NCBI GenBank assembly: GCA_040235515.1
Contig: JBECKX010000015.1
Span: 1-33,970 of the forward strand
DNA: 33,970 nt
Reading direction: 5' to 3'
Origin: Candidatus Zixiibacteriota bacterium
GTDB taxonomy: Bacteria; Zixibacteria; MSB-5A5; CAIYYT01
The translations under genes and the position numbers were made by a program. The notes beneath the pieces are model-generated. The model did not search any database. It had not been told where the DNA came from and saw only the letters and a program-made list of their open reading frames with translations. Positions 29,708 to 33,970 of the stretch are shown piece by piece (position 1 is the first letter of the stretch; every line of letters starts with the position of its first letter).

Positions 29708-30673
29708 GTGATCAGACATTTGCTACGAATGTCGGCGCTGCTGCTGCTGAGCGTCGGCTGCACCGGCACTGCTTTGCTGGCAGGCGACTTCAACGAACAG
29801 CGCGCTTCGTTCGCCGTCGAGATCGGAGAACTGACGATTCCTTTCCAGGTGTTCTTCCTTTCCGTGATGCCTGCGGAGCAGATCGTGTTAGAGACCAGGA
29901 CTACCAGCACCAACGGCAAGATCAAGCTCGAGCCTTCCGCCGGAACTATCATCCGTACGGAGGCCAATCACTGGCAGTGGAAGGCACCGTCCGGCACAGG
30001 CCTTTGTCACCTGGTGTTCCGCGATCCCGCAACGCAAGACAGCATCCTGCTAAACGTCTTCGTGCTTGAGCCCTACAAGAATATCAAGAACGGCTATCTG
30101 AACGGCTACCGGATCGGTGCTTATCCGAGCAAACCGTTGCGCGATCTGCCGATCTACAATCCTCCGCCCGGGTTCATCGAAGTAACCGAGGAGATGCTGG
30201 CTATTCAGATTTCGCCCCACTTCAAGCTATGGCAGTTTCTCTGCAAGCAGGAGAGCGACTACCCCAAGTATATCGTGCTGCGCGAGCTGTTGCTGCTCAA
30301 GCTGGAATACCTGTTGAAGCTCACGAACGAACGAGGCTTCGCGTGTCAGACATTCTTCGTCATGAGTGGATTCCGCACGCCGCATTACAATCAATCGATC
30401 GGCAATGTGAAATATAGTCGGCATTGCTGGGGTGGCGCGGCTGACATCTTCATCGATGTGGCGCCGGAGGATGGCATGATGGATGACTTGAACGGGGATG
30501 GAGTCAGCAACTGGAAAGATTCCGCTGTGATGTATGAGATCGTCGACAACCTCTATGGCTCAGAGCGCTACGAACCCTATGTCGGTGGGCTGGGCCAATA
30601 CAAAAAGACCAACTCGCATGGGCCATTCATCCATGTCGATGTCAGGGGGTTCCGGGCGCGCTGGGGGGACTGA
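29708..30673 (+). CDS. Peptidase M15A-family zinc metallopeptidase (MepK/YcbK-related catalytic domain)
   Basis: SPHFKL, SGFRTPHYN, SRH-x6-D (SRHCWGGAAD), FIHVDVRG; GTG directly after the upstream TAG; N-terminal signal peptide. Confidence 0.85.
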   Translation: MIRHLLRMSALLLLSVGCTGTALLAGDFNEQRASFAVEIGELTIPFQVFFLSVMPAEQIVLETRTTSTNGKIKLEPSAGTIIRTEANHWQWKAPSGTGLCHLVFRDPATQDSILLNVFVLEPYKNIKNGYLNGYRIGAYPSKPLRDLPIYNPPPGFIEVTEEMLAIQISPHFKLWQFLCKQESDYPKYIVLRELLLLKLEYLLKLTNERGFACQTFFVMSGFRTPHYNQSIGNVKYSRHCWGGAADIFIDVAPEDGMMDDLNGDGVSNWKDSAVMYEIVDNLYGSERYEPYVGGLGQYKKTNSHGPFIHVDVRGFRARWGD

Positions 30674-30687
30674 CGGTTCGCACCGCT

Positions 30688-30996
30688 TCAGACCTCGACA
30701 CAGACAAAACCATCCTCGGTCGAAACTTTGAATGTCTTCAGCGCCGCCCACGCTTCGGTGAGGCATTCTCCAGTGATGAAATTGTACTGCCAGCCGTGCG
30801 CCGGACAGGTGATGATGTCACCCTCGATCGTTCCACCACCCAATGACTGCTTCATATGTTTGCAGTCAGCCTCGAATGCGTAGATTTGGTCTCCACGCAG
30901 CAGCACAGCGACGCGCCGGGCCAGGACGCGGGCGATCCGCGGCTGACCCTCCCGGAGTTCATTTTCTCTGCAAATTTTGACTTTCACAGCTTGCAC
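30688..30996 (-). CDS. Rieske-type [2Fe-2S] ferredoxin
   Basis: CKH...CPAHGWQY (CxH/CxxH) in a 102 aa protein. Confidence 0.9.
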   Translation of the reverse strand: MQAVKVKICRENELREGQPRIARVLARRVAVLLRGDQIYAFEADCKHMKQSLGGGTIEGDIITCPAHGWQYNFITGECLTEAWAALKTFKVSTEDGFVCVEV

Positions 30997-31292
30997 ATTT
31001 CTCCGGTAGCACCGGCTTGATTAGGTAGCTTGGCAATCAGTGACCGGAGCAGCTATCCGAGTGGAATCGCTTCCAGTCGCCCTCATCGTTTTAAGATACT
31101 GTCTTTCAACAGATTATCAAGACAATCATGCTCCGGTAACGAAGATTGTGGTCTGCTTGCATAAGCCCCGATCAGAAGCGCATAACATAGACTATTCCGA
31201 GCCTCTTTTGCGGTTTTGTCCCTCTGCGCCTATCCCTTTGAGAGAAAGTTGTTTAGACTCGGATAAAATTAGACCAATTTAAGAGAAAAGCC

Positions 31293-31321
31293 TTGACACT
31301 ATTGGCTTAAATCGTGATCTT
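31293..31321 (+). promoter_or_regulatory. Putative sigma70 promoter at the start of the long leader
   Basis: Perfect TTGACA, 17 bp, weak -10 GATCTT; AT-rich upstream. Confidence 0.4.
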
Positions 31322-31637
31322 CATTGGCAGAAGTAATTCAGTTACTTTCTCAGGGTACTTCAGTAGTTTTTTTGAAGCAGTTGTAAAACTCAATTCCGGG
31401 ACGGCACACGCTCGACGTTTGAAGTTGCGATTCCTGTCATGCATGAATAGGACCTGGCACTTCAAGGTAGCTCTTATACTGCCATAGCCGGAACTGGCTG
31501 ACTGCAAGAAGGCTGCTACGAGAAGTACCGATCGTGGTAGATCAAACATCGATTGGGAAAACTCAGGAGGTTAACAACAGGCCACATAACGTTAAGGTTG
31601 CGTAGGCACGCGCAGGGGCGGCAAAGTAAACAGTCCT

Positions 31638-31669
31638 CTCGATCCGACCGTATGGGTCGACCCTTTTTT
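31638..31669 (+). terminator. Terminator/attenuator-like hairpin in the intergenic region
   Basis: tcgatcc-gaccgtat-gggtcga followed by ccc and a T6 run. Confidence 0.4.
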
Positions 31670-31957
31670 GTATTGAACGTTTACCCCGCCTGAGCTTCGG
31701 CGCAAGTTCCGAAATTCTTCTGACCCACGTGCATGAAACACTCGCCGCGATGAATTTATCCTCCATTGTCGGCGGGCATTGATTCAAACCTGACCGGTTG
31801 TTGGCGATCCGAAATACTGACTCGACCCAATCTGTTCGACTCGATTCGAAATTAAGCTAGACTGAACTCGTTGCCCGTGACGCGATCGGGCATTGAATAG
31901 AAATAGCAACCTTACACATATGTGTCCTCTTGGAACTTTTGTCGAATGGGAGTCAAA

Positions 31958-33970
31958 ATGAGTAGTCGCGAACTGCACTCGCCGACCGCTTCGGTCAAAA
32001 CAGGGGCTAATAAGACAAAGACTTACTGTACCCTGCTGGCACTGGCGATTTTCTGCCTGGTGCTGGCTATACCATCAATCGCCGCCGCGGATTTGGTTCC
32101 GATTGATATGCCGGATGATACGTCGTGGGTTGAGGCCAACTACGTTGCCGGCGTCAGTCAGGATCCATCGGCGTTTGACCTTCATGGTTACCTCTCGCGA
32201 TCTACCATGACAACGGGAACCCTCTCTATCTCTCAGATAGATTGCTCCGCATTTCCGGACATTTGTATGTATGTCGAGGTGCTCGACAATATGGGCCACA
32301 CGATATCGGGATTGACCGCCGACAGTTTCTGTGTGCAGCAGGACGGCAATACGATCTCGAACTTCACCGTGCAGCAGTTGACTGCCGATTCGTGCATTAC
32401 CTCCGTTTGCTTCGTCGTTGACGTTTCGGGAAGTATGTCCACCGATCATCGCCTTGACTCCGCGAAGGTGGCCATGCACAACTACGTCAACAACATGGAT
32501 GCGTTCGATCGCGTGGCGATCGTTCCCTATTCGAGTTGCATCGGGACTATCACCCCATTCACGAGTAACAAGACGACCCTTCACAATGCGATCAATGCGC
32601 TCTCGGCGGGCGGCTTCACCGCTGCCTTCGATGGCATTTACAAAGGTGTCGATATCACACGCTTCGAACTCGGCGCTAAAGCGGTGATCGCGTTCACGGA
32701 CGGATTGGAGAATCGCAGTCAGTATTGTAATCAGCCACCGGATGGTGTTTCGGACTACAACTACGCGGACGATTCAACCCTGATCGTCAATCTCGCCCTC
32801 AGCGGGAGCGTACCGATATTCACGTTCAACCTGGGGCCGATCGATTACACCTACTTTAATCCGTCGGCGATGCAGGCATTTGCCGCCGGTAGCGGCGGTG
32901 CCTGGGCACACGCTCCGACCAGCGCTGATCTGATCTCGATCTACGACTCGATCAAAGAACGCCTTTGCAGCCGTTACTACATCTGCTACGCCAGCCTTGA
33001 TTCTGTGCAGAACGGCGATATCCATGCATCGACGGTCTGCTACAATCCGGGTGGGATGGGTGCTTGCACGCCCTGCGACACGGCTTATTGCCAGGAACTC
33101 GCGCCACCTGACCCGACACCGACTCCGGGTACTTCCGCCCTCAGTGACACCTGTCAGTCAGCAACGGGCGATATCGATATCTGTTTCTGGACTACCGACC
33201 TTGACACCGACGCAGATGATCTGGTGGTCAAGCTCTTCTATCGGATAACGCCTGAAATCAGCTACACCGAAGTAAATATGACGCACTCATCGGGAGACTC
33301 GCTCTTCTGCTACACGGTGTCGGCATCCGAGCTTGAGTGTGGTGACTCGCTCGAATACTATATCACGGCGTCCGACGGTCAGGCGAACGTCTCGCTGCCG
33401 GCGACAACGCCGCAGTTCAACCCGTATGTGGTTGAGATTTGCGGGGGCGCGTTGCCGGTTGCAAACTGTCCCGGTGACACGACGCTGCAGGTCTGTGACC
33501 TGAGTTCGATTTGCCTGGATGGTTTCTCCGCCACCGACGCTGATAACGACATCGATACGGTTTACGCAATCGGCGGAACGCTGAGCGGCAACCAGGTTTG
33601 TTTCACGCCGGTTGTTGGCGCGAATCTGCTCACGCTCGTGGTCGTCGATGCCTGCGGAAACTCCGATACATGTCAGACAACGGTTACGGTGGGCCTGAAT
33701 AACGCGCCGGTGGCCTCGTGTGCGAATGACACTACGCTTTTCGTCTGTGACCTGAGCGATATCACGCTGGCCGGCTTCAGCGCGTCCGACCCGGACGGCA
33801 ACCTGACATCCACTGTCGTCAACGGTGGTTCGCTGAGCGGCTCCGATGTGACCTTTACTCCTGTCGTCGGTGCCAACGTTCTGCAGCTGATCGCGACCGA
33901 CGCCTGTGGCGCGGCTGATACCTGCGAGACGACAGTTACGATTCAATTGAACAATGCCCCGGTTGCAGCC
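31958..33970 (+). CDS. Large secreted VWA-domain, Cys-rich tandem Ig/HYR-like repeat surface protein (3'-truncated)
   Basis: Manual translation gives 671 codons without a stop from ATG 31958 (GGGAG upstream): signal peptide, MIDAS DVSGS at 32420, GGFTA, FTDG, then 84 aa repeats. Confidence 0.9.
   Translation, partial: MSSRELHSPTASVKTGANKTKTYCTLLALAIFCLVLAIPSIAAADLVPIDMPDDTSWVEANYVAGVSQDPSAFDLHGYLSRSTMTTGTLSISQIDCSAFPDICMYVEVLDNMGHTISGLTADSFCVQQDGNTISNFTVQQLTADSCITSVCFVVDVSGSMSTDHRLDSAKVAMHNYVNNMDAFDRVAIVPYSSCIGTITPFTSNKTTLHNAINALSAGGFTAAFDGIYKGVDITRFELGAKAVIAFTDGLENRSQYCNQPPDGVSDYNYADDSTLIVNLALSGSVPIFTFNLGPIDYTYFNPSAMQAFAAGSGGAWAHAPTSADLISIYDSIKERLCSRYYICYASLDSVQNGDIHASTVCYNPGGMGACTPCDTAYCQELAPPDPTPTPGTSALSDTCQSATGDIDICFWTTDLDTDADDLVVKLFYRITPEISYTEVNMTHSSGDSLFCYTVSASELECGDSLEYYITASDGQANVSLPATTPQFNPYVVEICGGALPVANCPGDTTLQVCDLSSICLDGFSATDADNDIDTVYAIGGTLSGNQVCFTPVVGANLLTLVVVDACGNSDTCQTTVTVGLNNAPVASCANDTTLFVCDLSDITLAGFSASDPDGNLTSTVVNGGSLSGSDVTFTPVVGANVLQLIATDACGAADTCETTVTIQLNNAPVAA
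33455..33970 (+). repeat. 252 bp (84 aa) intragenic tandem repeats
   Basis: Units start at 33455, 33707 and 33959 with PVA; shared VCDLS, GFSA.D.D, FTPVVGAN, DACG..DTC.TTVT..LNNA. Confidence 0.9.

Noticed and set aside
29708..29763. Lipoprotein signal in the M15A peptidase (LSVGC)
   Set aside because: The -3 residue is Ser, which is non-canonical, and an SPase I site (ALLA|G) follows; unresolved.
31443..31487. 14 aa leader peptide MNRTWHFKVALILP
   Set aside because: No SD and no amino-acid run; compatible with chance.
31320..31670. tmRNA, RNase P RNA or 6S RNA
   Set aside because: No tRNA-like ends, no GAGGAAAGTCC, and no convincing long end-to-end 6S pairing by eye.
31600..31700. c-di-GMP-I riboswitch suggested by cacgcgcagggg..ggcaaa
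   Set aside because: I could not find the GAAA tetraloop stem or the downstream P2/P3 pattern.
31040..31978. 64-80 aa ORFs in the long intergenic region
   Set aside because: No RBS, no motifs, and atypical composition.
32075..33946. ORF-track entries at 32075-32584, 32774-33025, 33287-33946 and other short ones
   Set aside because: Antisense or off-frame shadows of the real VWA gene, which the track missed because it has no stop codon in the window.

Overview
Gene-dense bacterial chromosomal window of moderately high GC. The FlgD-Ig/T9SS-like C-terminal domains and the Cys-rich giant surface protein suggest an FCB-associated lineage such as candidate Zixibacteria (inference). From left to right: a 5'-truncated gingipain-family (C25) peptidase with a secretion CTD (+). 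Next is a long minus-strand run, in transcription order: mazG, a multi-PAS/GAF hybrid histidine kinase, DUF4139 protein, secreted TPR protein, priA, HD protein, purM, lnt, PorZ-like propeller+CTD protein, FemAB-like GNAT, two GT4s and a GT2. Then valS, REP-like palindromes, a DinB-family gene, a class I/II aminotransferase, an L,D-transpeptidase/M15A peptidase pair and a Rieske ferredoxin. A ~960 bp structured intergenic region precedes a large VWA + Cys-rich tandem-repeat surface protein that runs off the right edge and is missing from the ORF track. No rRNA, tRNA, CRISPR or transposase was recognised. The best candidates for new biology are a possible T9SS-attachment-like glycan-anchoring locus, signs of Bacteroidota-type protein O-glycosylation, GANTC clusters in two promoter regions, and the long leader of the adhesin gene. 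All of these are hypotheses.
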